Source of the DNA: Alloascoidea hylecoeti | Lineage: Eukaryota | Direction of reading: 5' to 3' | DNA length: 64,000 bases | NCBI GenBank assembly: GCA_001600815.1 | Contig: BCKZ01000001.1 | Span: 1,894,804-1,958,803, forward strand | Notes under the pieces: generated by a model | What the model was told of the DNA's origin: nothing | The model's input: the letters and a program-made list of their open reading frames with translations, nothing else | Databases searched by the model: none | Program-made: the position numbers and the translations under genes | Shown here: one piece after another, positions 52,301 to 64,000 of the stretch | How the letters are laid out: every line of letters begins with the position of its first letter | Numbering within the stretch: the first letter of the stretch is position 1

Positions 52301-52930
52301 CTTCGTAACATAATTGGCATTCTACCGATTTCCAAGTCTTCATGTATGATAATTTTTTTACCTCTTGTGTACTCAACATCAACATAAATCGGTGCAGAAT
52401 ATGTTAAGTCTCTTAAACGGCATTGATGTGGTGGATTCATATTGGCTCCTCTTCTATTATGACCTCTTTTCTTTTCATTAACTCGAATATCCAAATATTT
52501 CAAATAAAACTCTGGATCAACATCAGAAAGAATAACCTCATTGGCCTTAATGATTTTTTTTAAATCAATATCAACAAAATAATTATATGAATCTAAATGC
52601 TGTTTCACAAGTCCTTTAACTTTTAAAAACGCAGGCAAAAGATTCCATTTATCCTATAGTTAAATCGTAGATTAGAATCATCATCTAACAATTAGAATAA
52701 TAATTACATACTTCAGCGGTGTTAATTTCATCAGATAACCCTTTTCCCTTATAAACAGGCCTTAGTAATTCATTAAAAGCCTCATCTTCTTGTGATTTGG
52801 GTCGTTTCTATGAATATCAATTTAGTTAGACATCAAAACAACCATTATTCGATCCATTGTATCTTCAACTTACACCATTAGAAGGTTTTTTTGACCTCGT
52901 GGCTGAGACTGTTTTCCTTTTAGCAGGCAT
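49309..52930 (-). CDS. RET1: RNA polymerase III second-largest subunit (C128), 2 introns
   Basis: Exons 52930-52874, 52807-52712 and 52653-49309 ([22 protein letters not shown]). Also [12 protein letters not shown] and [15 protein letters not shown]. Confidence 0.98.
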
Positions 52931-52982
52931 CTCTTTCTCTAAAGAAATTTGCACGCAAAAAACGAAATATTTGTATGCAGAA

Positions 52983-52990
52983 TTACCCGG
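52983..52990 (+). promoter_or_regulatory. Reb1-like site TTACCCGG in the 109-bp RET1/TFB2 divergent promoter
   Basis: Exact motif close to the midpoint between the two ATGs. Confidence 0.6.
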
Positions 52991-53039
52991 ATATTGGAAT
53001 ATATAACCTTTTTTCGGAAGAAGTGTTTGGTATAAAAAT

Positions 53040-54679
53040 ATGGCATCTTCTCAGTTTAAAAGCACCGTAAATGAATATCTTTATGGGCTTTCCGAAGCGG
53101 TGAAGCAGAGATTATACGAATCGGTATGTGAAAAGGAGATATGTCTGAATATACATGATTCTAATACCAAAGTGAAAATTTAGCCTGCGACATGCCTAGC
53201 AATATTTCGACTGTTACCAAGTCTAGCCAAGTTTTATATAATGTCGGTGCTATTCAATGAAACCTATTTAACCCGGAAGGAGCTGTATCGGTGGATAAAA
53301 CCAGATGATAGAAAGTATGTGATTTATGAAAGCATAATTGTATTTTTTTACGGCATCTTATCTAACCATTCTATAGGTATGGAATAGAAGCCATTGAAAA
53401 GCTTTTAAAACTACAATTATTAAAGAAAACAAGAGACCAAAAACATAATCAACTCTTTTATTACTTAAATCCACAGTTCGGGAAAAGTTTTAGAAATGCT
53501 TTGACTGGTGGTCCAAGTATGAATTCTTTTGGTGTCCCATGTGATACAGTTGATAAACACAAAATTGATATTAATTTTCTTGATAAACATACAACGAAAA
53601 AATGGGAATCAATACTTCATTATATGGTTGGTACTCAGTTAAATGAAATCCCAAGTGCTGGTGTACTTTCATTATTAAAACATAGTGGGCTGATGGAAGG
53701 ATCGATTAATGGTATGAGGATTACAAATGAAGGGTTTCAGTTCTTATTACAAGATGTTAATACACAAATTTGGACCTTGTTATTACAATATTTACAGATG
53801 GCAAGTGATTTAAATATGGATGAAGTTGATGTTTTAAATTTCATTTTTATGTTAGGAAGTTTGGAATTTGGTAAAGACTATTCATCTGCTACATTAAGTC
53901 CCACTCAATTACAAATGTTGGACGATTTAAGAGATTATGGTTTGGTATACCAAAGAAATTCAAAATCACGGCGATTTTACCCAACAAGATTAGCTACGAC
54001 TTTAACGTCCGATCCTTCAGCTGTAAGAACAGCGTTAACGGTTATCGATCAATCCATAGAACATGGCAAAAATGGGAGCATTATAACTTCCACGGGCATT
54101 TCTGATAACGATTCTACTTTTTTCACATCTGCAGACCAAGGGTTCATTATAATTGAAACAAATTTTAAATTATACGCATATACTGATAGTCCTCTGCAAA
54201 TTGCTATTTTAAACCTATTTGTTCATTTAAGGGCTCGTTTTCAAGATATGGTTACGGGTCAAATAACTAGAGAATCGATCAGAAATGCTTTATATAATGG
54301 TATAACAGCTGATCAAATAATTACATATTTAGAGGTCCATGCACATGAGCAAATGCTAAAGGCCGTTTCAACAAAGGATGAAGATAATAATAACAGTAAA
54401 TTAAAGAAAAGAAATGAAGCAAGAGGTAGAAGTATAATCCCACCAACTGTCATCGACCAGATAAAATTATGGCAATTAGAATTAGATAGAATCAAACCAA
54501 CAGATGGTTATTTATTTCATTATTTTGCAAATGATAAAGAATATCAAACAGCAGCAAGTTATGCTAGAGAATTAGATGTGTTACTTTGGGAAAACCAACG
54601 TGATAGGAAATTTTTTGTCACCAAAGAGGGAAGTTCACAAGTAGCTGACTATGCGAATAGAAAATCAAGCAAAAGATAA
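53040..54679 (+). CDS. TFB2: TFIIH subunit p52, 2 introns
   Basis: Introns 53124-53183 and 53315-53376 restore [17 protein letters not shown]. Also [61 protein letters not shown]. Confidence 0.96.
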
Positions 54680-54941
54680 CTAATATATAAAAGATTTAAT
54701 TTATCTAATTATTATTTCATAAATATTAATTATATAAGGTATTCTATTTGCTATATATGCGCATAAATTTTGCATCAAAGCCTGCGATGACTTCAGATTT
54801 TGCGGCATATTTTATATATCGATAGTGGTGGTATGATGTGTGAAATTTTATCAAGAAATATAAATACTCGATTTCAGCTTCTTATTTATAATCTCTTCGT
54901 ATCTATAACTATATAAAATTTACACTATTAATATTGGTATT

Positions 54942-55817
54942 ATGACTGAAATTTTCGAATTTTGTGAGCTTCCAAACGAACTACAAATCTTGGTTTTTGC
55001 ATACTGTGATGCAAAGACGTTAGCAACGTTAGCTATTGTGTCAAGTTCCTTCCGTTTGATGTCATATTTTACAGTAAATCGAAGGCTGAAATCACTACAA
55101 GATATATTATTCTATAATCAAAGTATTGATAAGTGTTCGAAATTAAAATCTGAATTTGATATCAAAGGAACTAGAGCAAGCAAATTAATATTCTCATCTT
55201 TTTCACCATCAGATTTTGCAATTGATTCTAGATCAGATACACAAACTGTTGAGATGAGATTGATAAATTCAGCCGCAGACCCAACTGCAGTTGCACCTAC
55301 AGAAAATTTGAAATCAAGTGATATACTCTCTTCTGCCTATACCAATTTAAAATTCATACTTGATTTAAACCATTCATCTCAGAAAGTAAATCAGCCATCA
55401 AGTGTTGCGAGTATGGTGGTCGAGGAAGGAATCCCTTTTGGTGTTCTTGATATTCGGATTGGGTTGCTAGTGAAAACAAGAGTGGGCCTAAAATCAGGGT
55501 ATGATGGATTTTCTTCACTTTTTACCTTATTCAAATCAATGCAAAGAATTTATACCTCTTGGTCCAATGATTCCATTTCAAAATCAACACAAGTAAGATC
55601 AAAGAGAGGTGAATGCTATGTTTCATATGAATTAGAGAAAGGAATGATATTGCCTCCTATTTGTCTAAATGCTGATTATGAAATGAGGAAATATGATGTG
55701 AAAGTCACAGAAATATTTTTTAATAAGCTGTATTTGTTATCTAAAATCGAAGGCGTGGAGGGTATTTCAAACATTCATCCTAGACTTCTATATCTTAATC
55801 ATAAGATGCTCTCATGA
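54942..55817 (+). CDS. F-box protein, C-terminal domain unrecognised
   Basis: N-terminal FCELPNELQILVFAYCDAKTLATLAIVSSSFR fits the F-box consensus. Confidence 0.75.
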   Translation: MTEIFEFCELPNELQILVFAYCDAKTLATLAIVSSSFRLMSYFTVNRRLKSLQDILFYNQSIDKCSKLKSEFDIKGTRASKLIFSSFSPSDFAIDSRSDTQTVEMRLINSAADPTAVAPTENLKSSDILSSAYTNLKFILDLNHSSQKVNQPSSVASMVVEEGIPFGVLDIRIGLLVKTRVGLKSGYDGFSSLFTLFKSMQRIYTSWSNDSISKSTQVRSKRGECYVSYELEKGMILPPICLNADYEMRKYDVKVTEIFFNKLYLLSKIEGVEGISNIHPRLLYLNHKMLS

Positions 55818-57139
55818 TCATAAGTAACGGCGGCAGCGCTATTTAATTACATCTGTCACATCCATCACCAATATATTATTACAATAAGTTGCCAATATTC
55901 CTTAATATTTTATTTTATAACATGGAAAAATAAAAAATAATAATCCTCAGTTTTGAATTTTAATTATCACACCTGATCAGAAAAATACTTTCGTAGAGTT
56001 GAAATGATTAATGATTGGTAGATTAAACTCTCATGCCGTTGTTTCACTTAATTTCGGTCACATTGAGGACTAAGTATTCACATGTTGCCAAATTGTTCCG
56101 CCATTGTGATAAATAAATATCGGCCTGTTTATATTCGGCCATACCCCGAAATAAACTTTCGGCCACCCATATTACAAGAAATCGATAAATTTCTACCCTT
56201 ACATTAGTAATGTATGATTGAAACCCCAAAACACAAACTAATAGACCATAATTTAGATATATAGGATATAGGGTCTATTGCTCTGAAAGGTTCCTGGAAA
56301 CCTCGATAAGGCTACGTGTATTGGTTTTCACGATGATCAATAATTATTTATCACAATAGGGGAACATTAGGGTATCATGTAGCCAAAATCAAATAAAATG
56401 ACTGTACCAGTTTGTTTGGTTACCCATATGTAAATAATCTTAAATAACAGTCAATAAAATTCTCAACAAATGGTTATCATGGAAAAGCGAATTTGAATAC
56501 AATAACAAATTCGTCATGCTGGAAAATCAACTAATGTTCAACATAGCAAAAGCTAATTAGTCTATTGAACATAACTTTTGCCACTTAGGATGCATTAATT
56601 TCGTTATTTGAAATTTAATCATTTAGCCGGTGAATAAAGGTAAGACACTGCGTATTATAGCTTTTTGTTTTTCATCCCAATGTAATTCAATTTTCTTCTT
56701 CAAAGCAGATACTCTGGATTTAAATTTGAAGATGAACACCTGGTCAAGGAGATAAGTCTGAAAGGCGAATATAGAAAAGTTCGAGGGTGAACAACACACT
56801 ACTCTACATGCATATACGTCGTCGTAAAGGGTTGATATATACAGTTGAGTGTATATTGTTGACTATATACATGTATAATTGATATCTATACACATTTTGA
56901 ATTCATGAAAATCATATAAAAAATAAAAGTATTACCATAAACATTAGAAAAACAGCTTCTTTTGTCAAATAAGAATGAAAAACAAAAAACAACGTTTAAA
57001 ATATATTATTATAAGTCTAAAGTCTTCTTGTTGAATAAGAATTTAGAATATAAACTATAACCAAAAAAAAAAAAAAAAATAATGATAGAATTAATATTAT
57101 GATTCAAAGAGAAAGGTATATGAATATGAATCCTAAATC

Positions 57140-60100
57140 TTAGAATAAACCATCAATTTCACCATCTTCATTAACTTCAACATCCATAAATCCACAATGT
57201 GTTGGAAGACCAGGGATTGTTTGAATTTCTGCTGCTAATGCATAAAGATATCCGGCACCAACAGAAGCTCTAACATCTCTAATTGGGAAAGTAAACCCGG
57301 TTGGTACACCTCTTAATTTAGCATCATGAGATAAAGAATATTGGGTCTTTGCAATACAAATTGGTAAATTACCAAAACCTTGCTTTGTATAAGTTTCAAT
57401 TTTTGATTTGGCCAAATCACTAAATTCAACTGATCCTGCTCCATACATTTCTTTTGCAATGATTTCAATTTTCTCTTCAACTGTTTTATTTTCAGTTGGA
57501 TATAAAAGTTGAAAGTTTTTCGGTTTGAAGGATGCTTTAATAACACCTTCTGCAAGATTGATTGCACCTTTACCGCCTTCTGCCCAATGATTAGATACAA
57601 TTGCGTCGTCAGCACCAGCTTTTAATGCTTCTTCTCTAATAATTTGATGCTCAGCGGGCGTATCTGATTCCATTTGATTAACAGCAACAACAACGGGAAT
57701 ACCATAACGTTTACCATTTGCAATATGTTTAGCCAAATTAGCGCAACCCTTCTGCAATAATTCTATATTTTCTGTTAGATAAACCTCTGGTAATGGAGCA
57801 CCAGCAGTAACGTTTGGGCCACCACCATGAAGTTTCAAGGCACGAACAGTTGCAACAATAACAATAACATCCGGAGTTAAACCAGAAGACCTACATTTTA
57901 TATTGAAAAATCTTTCACCACCCATTGTGAAATCGAAACCTGCTTCGGTGACAACAAATCCGACATCCTTTTCACTCTCACCTGGTTCAGTACCTGCCAA
58001 TTTAAGAGCGATTTTATCAGCTATAACAGAACTTGCTCCAATTGAAATATTAGCAAATGGACCAGCATGTACAAATACAGGTGTACCTTCTAAAGTTTGC
58101 ATCATATTCGGCTTAATTGCATCTTTCATTAAAGCAGTCAGTGCTCCACCAGCACCAATATCATCACATGTAATTGGAACACCCGCTTTACTACTTGCGA
58201 CGACCATTTTTCCAAGACGTTCTCTCATATCATCTAAATCATTACATAAAGCCAAAACAGCCATAACCTCACTGGCGACAGTGATATCAAAACCAGTCTT
58301 TCTTGTATGTCCCAATTCAGTTGGTGCTTCACCGATTGTAATTCCTCTTAAATGTCTATCATTACAATCAACAACACGTCTCCAAGTGATTGTTTCAGGA
58401 TCAATGTCCAATCTAACGAACTTTGAAATTTCTTCTGGTGTCAAATCATCAGGATTTGTTTTCTCAATGCCCAATTTTCTTAATCTGCTAAACATAACAT
58501 GACTAAAAGTTCTAACACCTTTCTTTGCAGGTACCAATCTTTTATATAAGGGACCATCCTTTTGTCTTGATTCATGGAACATTCTTGTATCAATTGCAGC
58601 AGCTAATAAATTAGTAGCAGCTGAAATGGCATGAATATCACCAGTTAAATGCATATTAAACTCATCCATTGGGATAACCTGTGAATAACCACCACCAGCA
58701 GCACCACCTTTAATACCAAAAGTTGGACCCATGGAAGGCTGACGGACATTTGCAAAGACGGATTTTTTCAAATGGGCACCTAATGCTTGTGTAAGACCAA
58801 CAGTTGTTGTTGATTTACCTTCACCAAGAGGTGTTGGAGTGATACCCGCAACAAGAATATATTTACCGTTTTTGCGATCTTTCAATCGATCCAAAGCAGA
58901 TAAATGAATTTTGGCTTTATATGAACCATATGGTTCAATTTCACTTGGTAAAATGCCAACTTCTTGGGCAATATCAACGATATTCTTTGGTTTTTGAGAC
59001 CTTGAAATTGCAAAATCAGAAGGAACAGGCCTTTTTAAAGTCAAAGGTAATGGATTGATGTACCTTTTTTGACTCTTTTCTAAAGCCCTTTTTGAAGCAA
59101 TGACAACGTTATCCAAAAGCATTGCAACAGTCATTGGTCCAACACCACCTGGAACGGGAGTAACAAATGAAGCAACTTTTGAAACGGATTCAAAATCAAC
59201 ATCTCCAACAAGCCTATGGCCAGACTTTTTTGAACTATCGTCAATATAATTAGTACCAACATCGATGACAATAGCATTTGGTTTAAGCCATTCTCCTTTA
59301 AGGAAAGCAGCTTGGCCAATTGCAGCAATGACAATATCGGCAGTTTTAAGGAATGTTTCAATATTTTGAGATTTTGAATGTATCGTGGTAACAGTTGCAT
59401 GCTCAGCTTTCAACAGAGTTGCAATAGGGGTACCTACAATATCTGATCTACCCAGGACAACAGCGTGTTTACCTTCTAACTCTACCCCAGTGTCTTTTAA
59501 TAAAGCAAGGATTCCCTTTGGAGTGCATGGTAGAAAATGAGGATTTCCTCCTTTCTTTGAAAGTTCACCAATGTTAATTGCACCAAACCCATCAATATCT
59601 TTCGTATAGTCTACAGCATCGGTAATGACAGATTCATCAATATGTTTGGGTAGTGGTAGTTGAATAAGGATTCCATGGACTTTTGGATCTTCATTAAGAG
59701 ATTTAATTTCGTGAAGTAACTTTAAAATAAGTCCGCGTGGAGGTTAGGTTTTTTCTTATCTATGCAAGAAATCACCGAGTCTTGAAATCAAAAGGAAAAT
59801 CAAAAGAAATCACCGAGTCTCCACATGAAAAAATATAGAAAAAAAAATTATGACTCAATCACAATCGCGACTTCAAGATGACTCAGTTGATTTTCATTTT
59901 CTTCATCAAATCTCACAATGTTCATGCTAAGAAGAATGGGTGATCAAAAACTTACCTCTTCTTGAGTGATATCTCCAGGTAAGCTGTTTGCAACACAGCT
60001 GATCTTTGCCTCAATGGCAGCCTTTAATTTCATTTTAACATATGTCGAGGAATCTGGACGGGCTCCAACCTGAATAATCACCAAACTTGGTTGAAAAGAT

Positions 60101-60264
60101 GGATGTTCCGCTTGAATCTGTTGAATATCATTATGAAGTTTCTCACGGATTGATCTATATCATATAATTGTTAATAAATTCCTGTAGCTTTAATTACAAC
60201 TAAATTTTTTGGAAAATCGCACGTACTTTGCAAGGGCAGTACCATTAATACGTTGAGCTACCAT
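57140..60264 (-). CDS. ADE3: Trifunctional C1-tetrahydrofolate synthase (no presequence, cytosolic type), 2 introns
   Basis: Exons 60264-60227, 60154-59956 and 59719-57140. [60 protein letters not shown]. Confidence 0.96.
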
Positions 60265-60358
60265 TTTTGACTTCAATAAAAGGCAGTATTCACGTCCGAG
60301 TTCAAGTTTAATTGAAGAAGAAGTTTGAAAAAACCGTTCAGATTTTGTGGGTTGAAAT

Positions 60359-60370
60359 TGAGTCACGTGA
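60359..60370. promoter_or_regulatory. Overlapping Gcn4/Bas1-type (TGAGTCA) and Cbf1-type (TCACGTGA) sites in the ADE3 promoter
   Basis: TGAGTCACGTGA read directly, about 95 bp upstream of the ADE3 ATG. Confidence 0.6.
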
Positions 60371-60778
60371 TGGTTGTCAAGATGTAATTGTCTTTCAATA
60401 TATCTTTTAGTCCGTCAATAGTGACTTAAAAGCCGACATCATTATACTGTATTATACTTACCAGTATAATGTTTACAAAAAGTTAGATGTGAATTGAAGT
60501 TGACTGTGTCTTTAAAAGGATCATAGACGACCCAATTGTGTCTTTATAATTAACCAGTCTTATTAAAGGAGAATTTAAACGATTTTAAATATGTATTAGT
60601 TTGTTAACGTTACGCGATAGGTCTCAAAATTAAAGATTTATAATGTCAGACAATCTCACCCCTCGTCCCAACACAAAGAATAATATATGACCCCTGAATT
60701 CTGATTTATTTCAAATCTAGTACTGGTGGGCCAGAATGTTGCGTTACAAAGAAAGTTGTACCATTTACCGTAGAACGC

Positions 60779-60786
60779 CCGGGTAA
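60779..60786 (-). promoter_or_regulatory. Reb1-like site (CCGGGTAA) upstream of MED6
   Basis: Exact motif about 130 bp before the MED6 ATG. Confidence 0.55.
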
Positions 60787-60917
60787 CTAAAATCATCGCG
60801 GAAACAGCCGGACACCCCCAATTTTCATTCTTATTTCTTGAAACATTAATATTCTATAAAGAAATGATTCCAGGGCCTTCTAATAAATAATAATAATAAT
60901 AACTATAATTTAAAGAA

Positions 60918-61778
60918 ATGAGTGCTGAAAAAGATATTCCTTTAGACGAACTTCGCTGGTCGAATCCGGAGTGGATCCAGGTATATGGACTGAGGTCTGA
61001 TAATGTTTTGGATTATTTCGCCGAATCTCCTTTTTTCGATAGAACTTCAAATAATCAAGTCTTGAAAATGCAAACACAATATAGCGAACATTTACAGGGT
61101 AGACAATTAGATCTTAACGCTGAACTACAGAATATGAAAGGCATTGAGTTTAATGTTATTTATGCTCGAGATCCTGATTTTTGGGTCATAAGGAAGCAGA
61201 TGAGATTAGGTCGTGATGAAGTTAGATCCTTATCGGTTTATCATATCATTGGCCCTAATATTTATGTCGCTCCAAATGTTCAATCGGTTGTATCCTCACG
61301 ACTATTAACAACTGTACTTTCGTTGCGAAATGCCTTATCGGAAGCTTCTAGTCTTGTCAAGTTTTCCCCATCACAAGGCTATTCTTATATACAACCAGAA
61401 AAGCCAATTACAAATATTCTCAGTACTGCTGTTCAAACCCAGACCCCGTCGCAATCAATTCGTACCATGTCAAATACACCTGTTGTGACACCAGGTTCTG
61501 GTGTTACTACTCCACAAGATACAGAAACATCAGCTGCCGTATTGGATCAATTGTTGACCATTTCATTAAAGCATCCGGCTGTTATTTTAGATGACTTACC
61601 AACCCAATTAGTAGGATCTATGATTAATGAAAAGGCAGATGTTCCCTATGGCTCGAGTACCAATGTTGCTACTGCCATCACCGCCAGAGAAAGAGCTAAC
61701 GATTTAGCAAATACGAATAAACTTAAAGAACGAAGAAAAAGAATAACAACTGCCACACCAACTAATGTAAAAAGGTGA
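60918..61778 (+). CDS. MED6: Mediator subunit 6
   Basis: PLDELRW.NPEWI...GLR.DNVLDYFAESPFFDRTSNNQVLKMQ, WVIRKQ, IY.AP.V.SV.SSRL. Confidence 0.95.
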   Translation: MSAEKDIPLDELRWSNPEWIQVYGLRSDNVLDYFAESPFFDRTSNNQVLKMQTQYSEHLQGRQLDLNAELQNMKGIEFNVIYARDPDFWVIRKQMRLGRDEVRSLSVYHIIGPNIYVAPNVQSVVSSRLLTTVLSLRNALSEASSLVKFSPSQGYSYIQPEKPITNILSTAVQTQTPSQSIRTMSNTPVVTPGSGVTTPQDTETSAAVLDQLLTISLKHPAVILDDLPTQLVGSMINEKADVPYGSSTNVATAITARERANDLANTNKLKERRKRITTATPTNVKR

Positions 61779-62174
61779 GGCGATTAATGATATTTAATGG
61801 CTAATAACTAATGCTTGGTATATAATACACTTTAATAACGTTAAATTTTAATCTAATATAAAAGTTTTTAAACACCAATATTATGGCTAGAATTCAATTA
61901 TTGTTATAACATTAATATATAAGTTTATAGTTTATTCCTAGTATCTGAGTTAACATAGTTTGCTAGCTTTAGGCATGTGTGTGTATTAGTTATAAGGCCT
62001 TATACGGGTATTTTTATGCATTGAGCTCTTAACTATGGTAAAAATTTCAGATTTTTCCAACAGTGAATAGGTAAACCTCTTTGATAGTATGTAATTATAT
62101 ATGGTATAGATATTTAATTTTCTTTAATTTTTAAAGAACGAATACATAATCAACTAATTATAAGCTACACGCCT

Positions 62175-62940
62175 ATGGATACAGCTGTACTGGTATAGAA
62201 TGACTTTGAATCAGGTTGGACAGAGAAAGAAGTTTGGACATATATATCACCCAAAAGTGTAAGTCCTGTATATCTTTTCTCCACTCCACAACCCCTGTAA
62301 ATGGTAATAATTAATGAAACTTAAGGACTCTTGAATCAAGAAGAAAAGAGGCTGGATCAGCCAAAAAAAATTGAACAAATTAAACTTGAACCGAATACAA
62401 CACTTTCAAAGATTATAGAGAACGGTGTATCACGTACAATATTTTAGCAGAAAAAAATGGTGGACACTCTTCAGTGTCTCAGTAGAGAATCTAGAGATAA
62501 GCAAAAAGTGTTCATTGCTTACTAAGTCAGAGGAGGTTCTGGTTACTTATTCACCAACAGGATAAGGGCCGTCCAAATCAGATGATAACGGACACTATAG
62601 TTATGTGAATCTGAGATGGGTCACGGTTTTCTTGATAGGAATCCCTGGATAATCACATTGAATGTTTTCTCTGCATCTTTGAAGACGATCTTAAATCTTG
62701 GTATCATATCGTTGAATATTTAATTAACAAATACCACAGTAAACTAATTGAAATTCATAATGTTGAAGAAACTGGATTCCACCCTGGCGAAATAGCTAAT
62801 GGTTTGGAAAGTTTTCATGCTGGGCGACGAGTCAAACGGCCGACGTCCACTGTTGTAGTTATTAAGACTGAATATTAATTATTCAGGAAATAAATTGAAT
62901 AATAAGGTAATATTATATTAGCTGGTGAATTTTCTTGAAT
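62175..62940 (+). mobile_element. Decayed pogo/Fot1-like (Tc1/mariner superfamily) DDE transposase relic
   Basis: The frame from 62642 reads SLD...KSWYHIVEYLINKYHSKLIEIHNVEETGFHPG, like the pogo W F...I.KY.I...I.N.DETGF..G block. It is preceded by VNLRWVT/FLDRNP (frameshifted, end of a CENP-B-type HTH) and followed by IILAGE. Several stops and frameshifts; no TIRs found; boundaries approximate. Confidence 0.6.
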
Positions 62941-64000
62941 TCTCAGGAAATCATCGATATCCTCTATTCATATATCTAAAACTTTACATAACTTTTAAAA
63001 TTATTTATAAACCTTATTTCATCATCCCATCTCTTAATTCACATTCTTTACTACTATGATCGCTTCAATTCTATTGATATCTCTGCAACTACAACCTCAT
63101 TAGAATGTAGCACTCACGCATAGGCAGATATCTTGCCAAAACGACTAACTTCATCAAGGCAATCATTCGTAATTAAAAGTTCGTATGACAGCAAAAAGTA
63201 GCGTCATCACAGGTTTTTCTTCCACTAGTTTTAATTCATTCAGTTTTGTTCTGGTTGTTTCGATCCAACAACCCAAAAAGATCTAGAATCTTTGCACCAG
63301 GGATTAAATTGGACCCTTGAGTCCATTGATTAAATTGATGTTCATATAACAAAGTCATTGGTGTTATGTAGCTATGGGGAATCCTCAGAGATCCTGATTC
63401 ACTGCCAAAAATTATACGCTGAGCACAAGTGGCGGGGGTTGTAGAATGATAATGAAGAGTACTATAACGGCACCAAATCTGATCTGATCCGTTTTCCCAT
63501 AAGGAAGATTCATTGAAGGGTAGAAGAGATTATTCTAAACGTCTCCACGAGACACCCCTTGCCATTGAATCACTGAACAAGAAAAGGTTGGCAGATTGTG
63601 AGGCGAACACTTTCCAAATCAAGGTCTCTCTCAAACAAAACGGCTCCATTGGGGGAATACGTTTACCACATATTGCGGGTAGAAAATAGGGATGACAATA
63701 TATAATGTATATACATTAATTTAATTTTCCAAAAAAATTTAATTTTTTGGTTGGATGGTTTACATATTGTCCAAAACTTCTTCTCCTGTACCTTATTTGA
63801 AGTAACCCTATATCCGGTTGTAGCCATGGAGGATAATGGTGCTATATAGTTAGTTTATATCAGTTATCTGTCCGTTCTACAAAAATTGAAAAAGTACCAA
63901 TTCCAATCTAATTACAATATTACGACTCATCAAAACAATCCCGAATTATATTTAGGTTCCGTTTACTAGAACTTTCCACGATAAAATAATTATAATAATT

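Noticed and set aside
54942..55817. Naming the F-box gene UCC1 and linking it to the citrate synthase family gene
   Set aside because: Only the F-box is recognisable, and the two genes are 43 kb apart.
57903..58502. 199-aa antisense ORF in ADE3, and similar antisense ORFs in MYO2, MGM1, NOC2, GEP3 and the PACT gene
   Set aside because: Shadow ORFs opposite conserved coding frames.
60265..60375. In-frame open stretch upstream of the ADE3 ATG as a cryptic mitochondrial presequence
   Set aside because: No ATG, contains acidic residues and overlaps promoter motifs.

Overview
AT-rich nuclear DNA from an intron-containing budding yeast (Saccharomycotina). CTG sits at conserved Leu positions (e.g. 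TFB2 IFRLLP, SPLQI), so the code appears standard. About 25 protein genes, 11 of them spliced (19 introns reconstructed by hand): 5'-truncated class V myosin MYO2, a Ser-rich orphan, two divergent near-identical small MAPR/cytochrome b5-like haem-binding genes missed by the ORF track, a 2-methylcitrate synthase with both a mitochondrial presequence and C-terminal SKL, PIL1/LSP1, SYM1, RPS24, HAT2, SPP1, MGM1, NAN1/UTP17, KAP120, a CM1+PACT (Spc110/Pcp1-like) protein, RNY1, a CYSTM protein, VPS30/ATG6, a tandem GEP3 pair (one with a degenerate GTPase site), NOC2, SFR1/MEI5-like, RET1, TFB2, an F-box protein, ADE3 and MED6, plus a decayed pogo/Fot1-like transposase near the right end. No tRNA, rRNA or CRISPR was found. 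The best leads are the MAPR inverted duplicate, the putative dual-targeted methylcitrate synthase, the GEP3 pseudo-GTPase paralog and a motif cluster inside ADE3 intron 2. I see no firm evidence of a wholly new multi-gene system. All family assignments are from recognition of motifs, not database searches.
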